Both the position numbers and the translations under genes were made by a program. The notes beneath the pieces are model-generated. The model worked only from the letters and a program-made list of their open reading frames with translations. It was not told where the DNA came from and did no database searches. Shown piece after piece: positions 50,982-61,552 of a DNA stretch of 64,000 nt (positions within the stretch are counted from its first letter, which is position 1; each line of letters opens with the position of its first letter). Location of the stretch: the NCBI GenBank assembly GCA_905616395.1, contig CAJQSQ010000012.1, positions 14,188 to 78,187 of the forward strand, read 5' to 3'. The DNA is from an uncultured Candidatus Pelagibacter sp. GTDB lineage: Bacteria > Pseudomonadota > Alphaproteobacteria > Pelagibacterales > Pelagibacteraceae.

Positions 50982-51466
50982 CCAATTTTGATTTTAGTTT
51001 TTCTATCTATTAATTTTAATAATATTTCAAAATCTTTCTTTTTCAAAGCAATGCATCCTGCGGTTGGTTCGTAACTATCTGTTAAATGAATAAATATTGC
51101 ACTACCTTTGCCTGGGATTTTTCTTTCATTATGATTAGTTGAAATTATATAATCGTACTTATGATCTTTTCTATATAGATTTTCTTTAAGACTTTTGTGA
51201 CGTGTTTTAATTTCTTCATTGTATTTTTTGTTTTTTGTGTCATCACACCAGGCCATACCTCTTTTAATGACCTTTTTATTGATTTTACACTTTGGAATAC
51301 CAATACGATCTTTTCTAAAATATAATTTTTTTAGATTAAACAGCCCTTTAGGCGTAGAGCAATCATCTTCTTTTTTGTTAGAATTTAAGCCCTTTTTTCC
51401 AATGCAGCATCTTAATTTAAAGTCGTCAATTATAAGAGTGTTTTTATTTGGTACATGAATTATCAT
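50978..51466 (-). CDS. L,D-transpeptidase catalytic domain family protein
   Basis: STPKG, GSAIFIH, TAGCIAL (H...C catalytic pair). Confidence 0.85.
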   Translation of the reverse strand: MIIHVPNKNTLIIDDFKLRCCIGKKGLNSNKKEDDCSTPKGLFNLKKLYFRKDRIGIPKCKINKKVIKRGMAWCDDTKNKKYNEEIKTRHKSLKENLYRKDHKYDYIISTNHNERKIPGKGSAIFIHLTDSYEPTAGCIALKKKDFEILLKLIDRKTKIKIG

Positions 51467-51476
51467 AAATAGTATT

Positions 51477-52058
51477 ATGCATAATGTTTTTATTATAAAC
51501 TTTAATCCACTATATGAAATCCTGGATGAGATAAAAGAAAATTTATCTTTTAAAATTATAAAATTTGAAAATGAAGAAGAATTTAAGAAGAACCTTGATT
51601 TAGATATAATAGATTATTTAGTAATTTCAAAAACTGGCCATAAACTATTATTAAATGAAAATATAACTGGTAAAAATATTTTAGATTTTAATGATTTGCC
51701 CCTATCTTTAAAAAAGTTATTAGAAGTAATTAATATTAAATTAATCAAATTGAAATTTGACCAACAGTCTAAAATTATTATTAGAGATTACGAATTAAAT
51801 TTAAATTCTAAATTTTTTTCAAAAGGTAATTTAAATTTAAGATTAACAGAAAAAGAAATTGAAATTATTTTATATTTAAATAATACAAAAATTAAACACG
51901 ATGTTGCAGATTTACAAAAAAATATTTGGGGTTACTCAGCAAACATGGAAACTCACACTGTAGAAACACACATTTATAGATTAAGAAAAAAAATAAGTGA
52001 CTTATTCAAAGATGAAACATTTATATTAAGCCATAAAAATGGCTATTTTATTGACTAA
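51477..52058 (+). CDS. OmpR-type winged-helix regulator with degenerate receiver domain (CenR-like)
   Basis: C-terminal LTEKE, IWGY, THTVETHIYRLRKKI; N-terminus lacks canonical receiver acidic residues and Lys. Confidence 0.8.
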   Translation: MHNVFIINFNPLYEILDEIKENLSFKIIKFENEEEFKKNLDLDIIDYLVISKTGHKLLLNENITGKNILDFNDLPLSLKKLLEVINIKLIKLKFDQQSKIIIRDYELNLNSKFFSKGNLNLRLTEKEIEIILYLNNTKIKHDVADLQKNIWGYSANMETHTVETHIYRLRKKISDLFKDETFILSHKNGYFID

Positions 52059-52064
52059 AATAGC

Positions 52065-52994
52065 TTAATTTAGCCTAGCACCGATTTTTTGGATTATTTT
52101 TGAAGACATTTCGGTTCCTTTTTCGAGACATTCTTTTGTTGAAATATTATTAATAAACCCATGGAGAAAACCTGCTGCAAAGAGGTCTCCAGCACCTGTT
52201 AAATCTACAATCTTTAAATTAGGTTTAATTTGACATTCTACAACTTCTTGATTTTTAATAGCAACACTTCCTTTTTCACCACGTGTGACAATTAAAAGTT
52301 TTCCTAATTGTTGCCCAAATTCAATAATATCTTCAAAGTTTTTTGCATCAATTAATGATCTAATTTCTTGTTCATTGGCAAAAGTAATATCAAGTTTATT
52401 TTTAACCAAATCTAAAAAATTATCTTTATGCCTTTCTACACAAAACTGATCTGATAAAGACATTGCTCTTTTGTTAGAGAATAACATTGCTTTGTCGAAA
52501 GCTGATTTTGGTTCACCTTTATCCCACAAATAGCCTTCTAAAAATATGATTTCACTTCTTTTTACAGCTTTTTCATCAATATCTTTTTCACTAATTTTTC
52601 CCGCTATACCTAAAAAAACCACCATTGTTCTTTCTGCATCAGGAGTAATTAGTACCAAACAAGTTCCGGTCGGTGAGATTTCTTTTTTCTTATTATAAAA
52701 ATATTGAACTTTTTCTTTAGTTAGACCTTCTTCATATTTTTGCCCTAAATCATCAGCATTAACTTTACCTATAAAACCAACATCATTTCCTAATTGAGAC
52801 AATCCAACAATAGAATTTGCAACTGATCCACCAGATACTGTTTCTTCAATTTTTAGAGTAGATAAAAGTTTTTGAAACTCTTGTTCATCAACTAATTTCA
52901 TTGTACCCTTTGTCAATTGATTATCTATCAAGTATTGATCATCCACTTTACATATAACGTCAACAATTGCATTACCAATTCCAAGTATTTTCAT
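52065..52994 (-). CDS. PfkB family (adenosine kinase-like) sugar kinase
   Basis: GNAIVDV, GGSVANS, FANEQE, DLTGAGDLFAAGF. Confidence 0.92.
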   Translation of the reverse strand: MKILGIGNAIVDVICKVDDQYLIDNQLTKGTMKLVDEQEFQKLLSTLKIEETVSGGSVANSIVGLSQLGNDVGFIGKVNADDLGQKYEEGLTKEKVQYFYNKKKEISPTGTCLVLITPDAERTMVVFLGIAGKISEKDIDEKAVKRSEIIFLEGYLWDKGEPKSAFDKAMLFSNKRAMSLSDQFCVERHKDNFLDLVKNKLDITFANEQEIRSLIDAKNFEDIIEFGQQLGKLLIVTRGEKGSVAIKNQEVVECQIKPNLKIVDLTGAGDLFAAGFLHGFINNISTKECLEKGTEMSSKIIQKIGARLN

Positions 52995-52995
52995 A

Positions 52996-53649
52996 TTAAG
53001 CTTTTTTTATTTTTACTGGGTTTTTTCGATTAGGATAACAAGTCGTACAAATTTTACAAGTCAAACCATAACACTCTCTAGCTTTACAAAATTCCCTTCC
53101 ATAATAAATTATTTGTAAATGTAATTTGCTCCATGTTTTTTCTGGGAATATTCTTTTTAAATCTTTTTCAGTCCGAATAACATTTTTACCACTTGTTAAG
53201 CCCCATCTTTGAGCTAATCGATGTATGTGAGTATCAACCGCAAAAGCTGGAATTCCAAAACCTTGAGACATGACTACACTTGCTGTTTTATGGCCTACAC
53301 CAGGCAGTTCTTCGAGTTCTTCAAAGCTTTTAGGCACTTTGCCCCCATGATTTTTTATAAGCAGCTTAGACATTAAATAAATGCTTTTTGCTTTAACTCG
53401 AAAGAGGCCAATACTTTTAATTAATTTTTCAATTCTTTTTCTACCTAATTTTACAAAATGTTCAGGTTTATTATATTTTGGATATATATTTTTTGTTACA
53501 TTGTTAACATTTAGATCGGTGCATTGAGCCGATAAAAGAACCGACATTAAAAGAGTGAAGTTACTAGTATGATCCAGTGGGATAGGGGCTGTTGGATAAA
53601 TCTTATTTAAAATCTTTAGTATTCTTTTAGCTTTTTCTTTTTCATCCAT
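52996..53649 (-). CDS. nth: Endonuclease III
   Basis: LLSAQCTD, LPGVGHKTA (HhH), VDTH, C-x6-C-x2-C-x2-C cluster. Confidence 0.95.
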   Translation of the reverse strand: MDEKEKAKRILKILNKIYPTAPIPLDHTSNFTLLMSVLLSAQCTDLNVNNVTKNIYPKYNKPEHFVKLGRKRIEKLIKSIGLFRVKAKSIYLMSKLLIKNHGGKVPKSFEELEELPGVGHKTASVVMSQGFGIPAFAVDTHIHRLAQRWGLTSGKNVIRTEKDLKRIFPEKTWSKLHLQIIYYGREFCKARECYGLTCKICTTCYPNRKNPVKIKKA

Positions 53650-54425
53650 TATCTAAAGTTCAATAAGTCTCTCATTGAATATAGTCCTGGTCTTTTATTG
53701 ATAAGCCATTTTGCAGCAGTTAAAGCACCATCTGAATAAAGCGCTCTATCAAATGCTTCATGGTTTAATTTTATTATCTCTTTTCCACTTGAAAATGTAA
53801 CCTCATGCTCTCCAATAATTTTACCTTTTCTAATTGAATTAAAATTAATTTTTTTTCCATAAGGAAAAGATTTTTTATTTAAAAATTTTTTTCCTATTAA
53901 ATTATAAAGATTTTTATTTTTTCCATCAGCTATTCCTTTTCCTAGCATTAGAGCTGTTCCTGATGGATAATCTTTTTTGTGTTTGTGATGAACTTCAAAT
54001 ACTTTGCTTAAATATTCATCATTTAGTGATTTTGAGGCAATTTCAGTTAAATACATTAATAAATTAACCCCAAGACTCATATTGCCTGCTTTTAAAATAG
54101 GAATTTTTTTGGAAAATTTTTTAATTAGAGTCTCTTCTTTCTGGGTAAATCCAGTTGTTCCAATCACTACTCTTTTTTTTAATTTAGATGCAATTTTTAG
54201 GATATCGAGCGTGCAATTAGGTACAGTAAAATCTATTATAATATCAGTATTTTTAAAAGCTTCATCCGTGTTAAAGTTAAGCTTTATTCCTGCTATTTTT
54301 TTATTAAGAATTTTGCTCTCAGTGAGTGTTACTAATTTAAAATTTTTGTTTGACCTTGAGGATTTAATTAACTGTTGGCCCATTCTACCAAGACAGCCAG
54401 AAATAGCTAAATTAATTTTTTTCAT
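53649..54425 (-). CDS. dapB: 4-hydroxy-tetrahydrodipicolinate reductase
   Basis: GCLGRMG, IDFT, IGTTG, EVHHKHKKDYPSGTA. Confidence 0.96.
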   Translation of the reverse strand: MKKINLAISGCLGRMGQQLIKSSRSNKNFKLVTLTESKILNKKIAGIKLNFNTDEAFKNTDIIIDFTVPNCTLDILKIASKLKKRVVIGTTGFTQKEETLIKKFSKKIPILKAGNMSLGVNLLMYLTEIASKSLNDEYLSKVFEVHHKHKKDYPSGTALMLGKGIADGKNKNLYNLIGKKFLNKKSFPYGKKINFNSIRKGKIIGEHEVTFSSGKEIIKLNHEAFDRALYSDGALTAAKWLINKRPGLYSMRDLLNFR

Positions 54426-54461
54426 CTAAGAAAATATTAACCTTTTTTAACTAATTAGTCT

Positions 54462-55583
54462 TTAGTTTTTCCAAAAACTTTTAGCTTTTTGAAAGAATTG
54501 TTTAATACTTGGATTAGACTTTTCGTTTTCAATTTTTCTAAACTTTTCAAGTAATTCTTTTTGTTCTTTATTTAAAGAAATAGGAACCTCAGTATTTACT
54601 TGGACATAAAGGTCTCCATTTCCACTTCCTCTCATATAGGGCATACCTTTACCCTTTAGTCGAAATTGTTTTCCATTTTGAGTTCCGTCAGGTATTTTAA
54701 TTTTTGCTTTTCCACCATCAATTGTTGGTATTTCTATTGTGGTCCCTAATGCTGCATCAGCAATAGAAATGGGAAATTCAAAGAATAGGTTTTCATCAGA
54801 CCTTTTAAAAAGATCGTGAGAATGAACGTTAACAAATAGATATAAATCTCCACTAGCTCCACTTTTGGTTCCAGCCTCACCTTTACCAGCTAATCTTATT
54901 CTTGTTCCATCATCAACACCTCTTGGTATGGAGACAGATATTTTTTTTGAAGCTTGCTTATTACCTTGACCATTACAATCAGTGCATGGGTTTGTAATTT
55001 CTTCTCCACTTCCAGCACACTGAGGACAGGTTTGTTGAACAGTAAAAAACCCCTGATTAGATCTCACTTTACCATTCCCTCCACAAACCGAACATTTACC
55101 TGGAGAATGACCAGGCTTTGAACCATTTCCTTTGCAAGTAGTACATTTTTCAGTTGTTGAAAATTTTATATCCTGCTTTTTACCCTCATATGCTTCCTCA
55201 AGAGTAATTGATAAATCGTATCTTAAATCAGAACCTCTATTATTGGTACTTCTACTTCTGGATCTTCCACCACCACCAAAATCTCCAAAAAAGTCCTCAA
55301 AAATATCTGAAAAATCAGCTCCACCAAAGCCACCACCTTGTCTTCCACCCCCCCCACCTTCAAAGGCAGCGTGGCCAAAGTTATCATAGTTTTGTTTTTT
55401 TTCTTGATCAGAAAGAATGCCGTATGCCTCACCAGCTTCTTTAAATTTGTCTTCAGAAGTTTTATCACCAGGGTTTTTATCAGGGTGATGTTTTACTGCT
55501 AATTTTCTATATGCTGACTTTAATTCTTCAGGGCTTGCTTTTTTGCTAACACCTAAGACGTCATAAAAATCTCTTTTAGCCAT
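54462..55583 (-). CDS. dnaJ: Chaperone DnaJ
   Basis: J-domain HPD, G/F-rich region, four CxxCxGxG repeats. Confidence 0.98.
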   Translation of the reverse strand: MAKRDFYDVLGVSKKASPEELKSAYRKLAVKHHPDKNPGDKTSEDKFKEAGEAYGILSDQEKKQNYDNFGHAAFEGGGGGRQGGGFGGADFSDIFEDFFGDFGGGGRSRSRSTNNRGSDLRYDLSITLEEAYEGKKQDIKFSTTEKCTTCKGNGSKPGHSPGKCSVCGGNGKVRSNQGFFTVQQTCPQCAGSGEEITNPCTDCNGQGNKQASKKISVSIPRGVDDGTRIRLAGKGEAGTKSGASGDLYLFVNVHSHDLFKRSDENLFFEFPISIADAALGTTIEIPTIDGGKAKIKIPDGTQNGKQFRLKGKGMPYMRGSGNGDLYVQVNTEVPISLNKEQKELLEKFRKIENEKSNPSIKQFFQKAKSFWKN

Positions 55584-55615
55584 AAGTTACTCTAAGATGA
55601 TAGTTGTTTTAAGTC

Positions 55616-57601
55616 TTAAGCGCTTTTTTCTTTATCTTCTTCTTTACCCTCTTCTTTTACTTCTTCTTTACTCTCTTCTTTACTCTCTTCTTTACTCTCT
55701 TCTTTTACTTCTTCAAAGTCTGCATCAACTACATTGTCATCTTTTTTAACTTCACTATTTTTATCACCTTCTTTAGACGCACCCTCTTTTTTTTCTTGAG
55801 ACTTGTAAATTGCTTCGCCTAACTTCATAGAAGCTTGAACTAAAGTTTCTGTTTTCTTTTTAATATCTTCGATATCAGTCCCTTTGATTGCTTCTTTCAA
55901 AGCAGATGAAGCATCTTCTATTGCCTTTTTATCTGCATCTGAAACTTTAGCACCATGTTCCTTTATATTTTTTTCTGTAGAATGAATTAAAGTATCAGCT
56001 TGATTTCTTGCGTCTACCGATTCTCTTTTCTTTTTATCTTCATCCTTGTTTGCTTCAGCATCTTTAACCATTTTTTCAATTTCTTCATCACTTAAGCCAC
56101 CTGAGGCTTGGATTTGAATTTTCTGTTCTTTTCCAGTTCCCTTGTCTTTTGCAGAAACACTAACAATTCCATTTGCATCAATATCAAAAGTTACTTCAAT
56201 TTGAGGTATTCCTCTTGCTGCTGGTGCAATACCAACTAATTCAAAATTTCCTAACATTTTATTATCAGATGCCATTTCTCTTTCCCCCTGAAGAACTCTT
56301 ATCGATACAGCAGGCTGATTATCATCAGCTGTAGAAAAGACTTGGCTTTTTTTTGTTGGGATAGTTGTATTTTTTTCAATTAATTTCGTTGAAACTCCAC
56401 CTAGTGTTTCAATTCCAAGTGATAAAGGTGTTACATCTAAAAGAAGCACATCTTTAACGTCACCCTGAAGAACACCAGCTTGAATCGCAGCACCCATTGC
56501 AACTACTTCGTCTGGGTTTACACTTTTATTTGGTTCCTTACCAAAAAAGTTTTTAACTTCAGCAAGAACTTTAGGCATTCTTGTCATTCCACCTACCATC
56601 ACAATTTCATCAATCTCACTTGCAGTAAGTCCTGCATCTTTAAGGGCAGTTTTACATGGTGGTAAAGTTCTTGATATTAAATCTTCAACCAAAGCTTCTA
56701 ATTTTGCTCTAGTCATTTTTAAATTAATATGTTTTGGGCCTGTTTTATCTGCAGTTATAAATGGTAAATTAACATCTGTCTGTTCTGCAGAAGATAATTC
56801 AATTTTTGCTTTTTCAGCAGCTTCTTTTAATCTTTGAAGGGCTAATTTATCAGATCTTAAATCAATCCCATTGTCCTTTTTAAATTCACCAATTAAATAA
56901 TCAACAATAGTGTTATCAAAGTCTTCACCCCCTAAAAATGTATCACCATTTGTAGACTTAACTTCAAATACACCGTCACCTAACTCAAGGATAGAGACAT
57001 CAAAAGTTCCACCACCCAAATCATACACAGCAATTTTTTTATTTTCTTTTTTTTTATCCAAACCATATGCTAGGGAAGCTGCGGTTGGCTCATTAATAAT
57101 TCTTAAAACTTCAAGACCAGCAATTTTACCAGCATCTTTTGTTGCTTGTCTTTGAGCGTCATTAAAATATGCAGGAACTGTAATCACAGCTTTTGTTACT
57201 GCCTGTCCTAAATATTTTTCAGCTGTTTCTTTCATTTTTATCAGAATAAAAGCAGAGATTTGTGAAGGAGAATATTTTTCTCCTCTAGCTTCAATCCAAG
57301 CATCTCCTTTTTCTGAATTAACAATTTTAAAAGGGGCAGCTGCAATATCTTTTTTTACAGTAGGGTCTTCAAAATTTCTTCCAATTAATCTCTTTACAGC
57401 AAAAATAGTATTTTCAGGATTAGTAACAGCCTGTCTTTTGGCAGGTTGACCTACAAGTTTCTCTCCATCTTCAGTAAAAGCCACAACCGAAGGAGTTGTT
57501 CTTGCACCCTCAGCATTTTCTAAAACTTTTGGCTGGCTACCTTCCATGATAGACACACATGAATTTGTTGTTCCTAAATCTATTCCTATAATTTTGCTCA
57601 T
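55616..57601 (-). CDS. dnaK: Chaperone DnaK
   Basis: [33 protein letters not shown]. Confidence 0.98.
   Translation of the reverse strand: MSKIIGIDLGTTNSCVSIMEGSQPKVLENAEGARTTPSVVAFTEDGEKLVGQPAKRQAVTNPENTIFAVKRLIGRNFEDPTVKKDIAAAPFKIVNSEKGDAWIEARGEKYSPSQISAFILIKMKETAEKYLGQAVTKAVITVPAYFNDAQRQATKDAGKIAGLEVLRIINEPTAASLAYGLDKKKENKKIAVYDLGGGTFDVSILELGDGVFEVKSTNGDTFLGGEDFDNTIVDYLIGEFKKDNGIDLRSDKLALQRLKEAAEKAKIELSSAEQTDVNLPFITADKTGPKHINLKMTRAKLEALVEDLISRTLPPCKTALKDAGLTASEIDEIVMVGGMTRMPKVLAEVKNFFGKEPNKSVNPDEVVAMGAAIQAGVLQGDVKDVLLLDVTPLSLGIETLGGVSTKLIEKNTTIPTKKSQVFSTADDNQPAVSIRVLQGEREMASDNKMLGNFELVGIAPAARGIPQIEVTFDIDANGIVSVSAKDKGTGKEQKIQIQASGGLSDEEIEKMVKDAEANKDEDKKKRESVDARNQADTLIHSTEKNIKEHGAKVSDADKKAIEDASSALKEAIKGTDIEDIKKKTETLVQASMKLGEAIYKSQEKKEGASKEGDKNSEVKKDDNVVDADFEEVKEESKEESKEESKEEVKEEGKEEDKEKSA
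55634..55714 (-). repeat. 12-bp coding tandem repeat (KEEx) in the DnaK tail
   Basis: Three perfect ACTCTCTTCTTT copies (55670-55705) plus degenerate flanking copies encoding [27 protein letters not shown]. Confidence 0.9.
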
Positions 57602-57620
57602 AATTTAATTCCTATCCTTC

Positions 57621-57648
57621 ATATAAGTGTTAATTTTTAATCTACAAG
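57621..57648 (-). promoter_or_regulatory. RpoH promoter of dnaK-dnaJ
   Basis: Minus strand CTTG-N17-CTTATAT, exact match to the alphaproteobacterial RpoH consensus CTTG-N17-CYTATNT. Confidence 0.75.
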
Positions 57649-57663
57649 TTCTGGCAATTATTA

Positions 57664-58299
57664 TTAATTGTCTGAATTCTCTTTATTTTCCTCACTTTTT
57701 AGCCCATCTTGAGCTTTAGTTTTTTTTGAAACTCCAACTAATGCTGGTCTCAAAAGCCTATCTTTCATCATAAAACCTTTTTGGATTTCTTGAACTATTG
57801 TTCCTGGTTCTTTTTGGTCATCATCAATTTCCATCATAGCTTGGTGTTGATTAGGATCCAGTTTCTTACCAATAGAAATTACTGGAGTAATTCCATTTTT
57901 TGAGAAAATTGAAATCATATCTTTATTTATAATTTCAAAATGTTCTAAAGTTTTTTTTAAAGCTTCAGTATCCTTTAATACTTCATCACTTTCTAGAATT
58001 TGTTTTGACCTCTCTAGATTATCAATTAGATTCAAAGCTTCTTTTGCAAAAGAAAATCCACCATAATCAAAAGCATCCTCTTTTTCTTTTTCAAACCTTC
58101 TTCTTTGATTTTCCATTTCAGCAAAAGCTCTAGCAACCTTATCTTCTAACTCTTTAATTTTTTCTTCAGGTGTAACCTCTTTTACTTCTTGATTTTTTTC
58201 TGAGGAATCCCCTTGTTCTTCTTGAATTTCCTCTTTCGCTTCAGTCTCTTTAATTTCTTCGTTTTGATCTTCAGAATTAATGTTTTGATCTTTTTCCAT
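57664..58299 (-). CDS. grpE: Nucleotide exchange factor GrpE
   Basis: AEMENQRRR, IDNLER, DPNQHQA, GFMMKDRLLRPALV. Confidence 0.95.
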   Translation of the reverse strand: MEKDQNINSEDQNEEIKETEAKEEIQEEQGDSSEKNQEVKEVTPEEKIKELEDKVARAFAEMENQRRRFEKEKEDAFDYGGFSFAKEALNLIDNLERSKQILESDEVLKDTEALKKTLEHFEIINKDMISIFSKNGITPVISIGKKLDPNQHQAMMEIDDDQKEPGTIVQEIQKGFMMKDRLLRPALVGVSKKTKAQDGLKSEENKENSDN

Positions 58300-58306
58300 G
58301 ACAACT

Positions 58307-58335
58307 TATATGGTATGAAATTTAATAATTGCTAG
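58307..58335 (-). promoter_or_regulatory. Candidate RpoH-like promoter of grpE
   Basis: Minus strand CTAG-N18-CCATATA; imperfect match. Confidence 0.4.
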
Positions 58336-58938
58336 ATGTTAAAGAATAAAATTATAAAATTATTAGTAGGCACCAATAATAAAGGAAAATTGAAAGAAAT
58401 AGAGAATTTATTGCCAAAAAACCTTGAAATATACTCTCCAAAAGACTTTAAAATAAAAAGCCCCCCAGAAAATGGGAAAACATTTGAGGAAAACTCATTA
58501 ATCAAGGCTAAATTTTTTTCCAAAAAATCAAAAATGACATGCTTGTCTGATGACTCAGGTTTAGAAATAGATGTTCTAAATGGCGATCCTGGAATTTATT
58601 CAGCTAGATGGGGGGGTAAAAAAGGAGATTTTAAAAAGGCAATGAATAGAGTTTTTAAAGAATTAGATAAAAAAGACAAAGATTGGAGACAAAAAAAAGT
58701 AAAAGCTAGATTTATTTGTGCTTTAACTATTTATGATAAAGATAAAAAAATAATAAATTCTATTGGCAAGGTTGAAGGTTTTATTTCACCAATTATAAAA
58801 GGTAAAAATGGGTTTGGTTATGATCCTATTTTTATACCACTTGGAAAAAAAATTACATTTGGTGAAATGAGAGCATCACAAAAATATAAAATAGATCATA
58901 GATTTAAAGCTTTTAAAAAAATCAAAAAACTTTTTTAA
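58336..58938 (+). CDS. rdgB: Non-canonical purine NTP pyrophosphatase
   Basis: TNNKGK, SDDSGL, PGIYSARW, GFGYDPIF, DHR. Confidence 0.94.
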   Translation: MLKNKIIKLLVGTNNKGKLKEIENLLPKNLEIYSPKDFKIKSPPENGKTFEENSLIKAKFFSKKSKMTCLSDDSGLEIDVLNGDPGIYSARWGGKKGDFKKAMNRVFKELDKKDKDWRQKKVKARFICALTIYDKDKKIINSIGKVEGFISPIIKGKNGFGYDPIFIPLGKKITFGEMRASQKYKIDHRFKAFKKIKKLF

Positions 58939-60073
58939 ATTCTTCATCCTCAACTTTATAAAAGTTTAAAATGTGATTAATTTTATTATTTTTAATTTCA
59001 AAAATTCCAACTTTTCCTTTAAACAAGTTTTTTTTCTTAAACATTTTTTTATCAACAACAGAGTTGTTTTGAAGAATTAAATAATAAACAAGCCCAACCA
59101 AGTCGTAACTTAGAAATGATAATTGATTGGGGTATTGATTGTATTTCTCAAAATATTCATTGGAAAATTCATCATAATTACTTTTATTTGCAGAAGGAAA
59201 ATACAAAGGTTGCGAACTAGTCTCTTTTAAAAGAGACTCATCAAACCATTGGTTTAGAGTAATAAAATATTTTTCTTTAGGAGATATATCCGTATAAAGC
59301 AGTGAAGTTGTTACACTTTTTAAGCTTTCATCGAAGTCAGATATTACAACTGAGTCAAATTTTACACTACCAAGAGTATCTCTCCTTTTTAATCTTTCGA
59401 TTAAACGCTCTTTATTGTTTTGTTCTGATTTCTCCAGTCTATTTATTTCATCTTCAAGGTTTTGTTTTCTAACATCATAGCGTGTAATTTTTTCAATTTG
59501 TTTAGTAAGTTTGGTTGGATCGGTATCATAAATATAATTTTCTAATATTTTTATTTTAGAATTAGAAATAGCTTTTTCAATTTCATTCCTAAAACTTACG
59601 TCTGGAGTAAGAAAGATTGTTTTTTTTATTTCATTTAATTCTATAAATTTTTTAATTGCATTTAATTGTGAAGTTGCATTAATTCCACCATTAATAACAT
59701 TCTCCGAAAAATTATTATTTTTATTGGTTAGAGCTAAGAATGTTAGTTCACTTAACTCATCTAGATAAATTAGGCTTTCGTTAAAAACAGGACCAATTAC
59801 AATTTTTATCCCTGAATTAGCCAACTCTTTGGCTGCTCTTAAGGTGATCTCAGGGTTTGATTGTGTATCTTTTGGTATGATCTCAATTGATGCATTATTT
59901 ATTGTGTTAATAGCAAGGCGTGTAGACTTTATTATAGATTGTCCTATTTCAGAATTCTTTCCAGTTAAAGGGACAAGAAGACCAATCTTAATTTTATCAT
60001 TTGCCAAAAGTGTTAAGGGAGCTATTGAGAAAGCAAAAGCTAAAAAAAGTATAATTTTAATAATTTTGTTCAT
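58922..60073 (-). CDS. Penicillin-binding protein activator/periplasmic ligand-binding fold protein
   Basis: KIGLLVPLTG, VIGPVF, LSYDLVGL; divergent from rsmI as in the lpoA-rsmI arrangement. Confidence 0.7.
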   Translation of the reverse strand: MNKIIKIILFLAFAFSIAPLTLLANDKIKIGLLVPLTGKNSEIGQSIIKSTRLAINTINNASIEIIPKDTQSNPEITLRAAKELANSGIKIVIGPVFNESLIYLDELSELTFLALTNKNNNFSENVINGGINATSQLNAIKKFIELNEIKKTIFLTPDVSFRNEIEKAISNSKIKILENYIYDTDPTKLTKQIEKITRYDVRKQNLEDEINRLEKSEQNNKERLIERLKRRDTLGSVKFDSVVISDFDESLKSVTTSLLYTDISPKEKYFITLNQWFDESLLKETSSQPLYFPSANKSNYDEFSNEYFEKYNQYPNQLSFLSYDLVGLVYYLILQNNSVVDKKMFKKKNLFKGKVGIFEIKNNKINHILNFYKVEDEEFKKVF

Positions 60074-60102
60074 TTTAATGTTATTATTATAACTATTATA
60101 AT

Positions 60103-60969
60103 TTGATGATTCTACATACTGAAAATATAAATAATAAAGTTAAAAGTGGTCTTTATATTGTATCTACTCCTATTGGAAACTTAAGTGACATCACTTTAAG
60201 AGCTCTAGAAGTATTAAAAAAGTCGGATTATGTACTGTGTGAGGATACACGTATTTCAAAAAATTTATTAGAACGGTACGAAATTAAATCAAAACTTATT
60301 GCAAACCATAAATTTAATGAAAAAAAAAATTTATCAAAAGTCATTGATATTTTAAAATCAGGGTCGATTGTTTCTTTAATTTCTGATGCTGGAACTCCAT
60401 CGATCTCAGATCCAGGAGCTATACTAGTTAACGAATGTGCTAGTAATGGCATAGACATCTTTCCAATTCCAGGTGCATCAGCAGTTTCTTCTGCAGTTTC
60501 TATAAGTGGATTTAGTGAAAAATATTTTTTTTATGGTTTTTTTCCTGAAAAAAATAATAAATTAAAAGAAGATTTTGAAAAACTTGCAAACTTAGAAAGC
60601 TGTATTGTTTTTTTTATTTCTCCACGAAAATTTAATAGATCAATAAAAGATTTAAAATATTACTTTTCAAATAGAAAAATTTTAGTTTGCAGAGAAATGA
60701 CTAAATTTTATGAGGAATATATAAGAACGGAAGTAGACACACTTGAACCATTTAAATCTGATCCTAAAGGAGAGTTAACGATTGTTATTTCTGAAAAAGT
60801 AAAAGAAAAAAATTCATCGATAATATTGAAAGAATCTGATAAAAAAAATATTCAAAAATTAATTAAAAAATTAAGTATAAAAGATATTACAAATTTAATT
60901 AGTCAAAATACAAATGTATCAAAAAAAGAGATTTATAACTATTGTTTAAAATTAAAAAATGAAAAATAA
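60103..60969 (+). CDS. rsmI: 16S rRNA C1402 2'-O-methyltransferase
   Basis: LYIVSTPIGNLSDIT, CEDTR, SDAGTPSISDPG, REMTKFYEE. Confidence 0.95.
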   Translation: MMILHTENINNKVKSGLYIVSTPIGNLSDITLRALEVLKKSDYVLCEDTRISKNLLERYEIKSKLIANHKFNEKKNLSKVIDILKSGSIVSLISDAGTPSISDPGAILVNECASNGIDIFPIPGASAVSSAVSISGFSEKYFFYGFFPEKNNKLKEDFEKLANLESCIVFFISPRKFNRSIKDLKYYFSNRKILVCREMTKFYEEYIRTEVDTLEPFKSDPKGELTIVISEKVKEKNSSIILKESDKKNIQKLIKKLSIKDITNLISQNTNVSKKEIYNYCLKLKNEK

Positions 60970-61552
60970 AATATTTTTAATAAGTTTAATTTTTTTAATC
61001 TCATCAGGATGTGTTGGGATTAGTTCAAAAGGGATTTTTGGAACAGGAGTAAGTATTGCGTTTGATCCAAGGTCTTTAGGAACCCAAATAGACGACTCTG
61101 TAATGCAAAAAAATTTAGCTACAAGATTAGCACTAAGAGAGAAGAGCTATATATTAACTGTAAGCACAAAAGTTTTAGATGGAAAAATATTTGTAACAGG
61201 AAAAGTAGACGATCCTGAAGAAAAACTTCAAATTACCAAACTTGCATGGGAGACAAAAGGTGCCAGATCAGTTAAAAATGATATTAAAATAAAAGAAGAT
61301 TTTAATTTTCAACAATCCGCAAAAGATTTATTGATTACGTCACAGCTCCGTACGGCCTTAATATTTAACAAAAAAATTAAAGCAACCAATTATCAAATTG
61401 ATACTTATAAGAAAAAAATATTTATTTATGGGATTTCTTTAACCAAAGAAGAAAGAAAAGAAGTAATAAATGAAGCAAAAAAAATACTAGATGTAGAAGA
61501 TGTTATTGCAAGTATTGTCTTGGTTGAAGATTTAAGAATTCAAAAGAATTAA
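60959..61552 (+). CDS. BON domain lipoprotein
   Basis: Lipobox ISSGC, RSLGTQIDD, two BON-like repeats. Confidence 0.85.
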   Translation: MKNKIFLISLIFLISSGCVGISSKGIFGTGVSIAFDPRSLGTQIDDSVMQKNLATRLALREKSYILTVSTKVLDGKIFVTGKVDDPEEKLQITKLAWETKGARSVKNDIKIKEDFNFQQSAKDLLITSQLRTALIFNKKIKATNYQIDTYKKKIFIYGISLTKEERKEVINEAKKILDVEDVIASIVLVEDLRIQKN

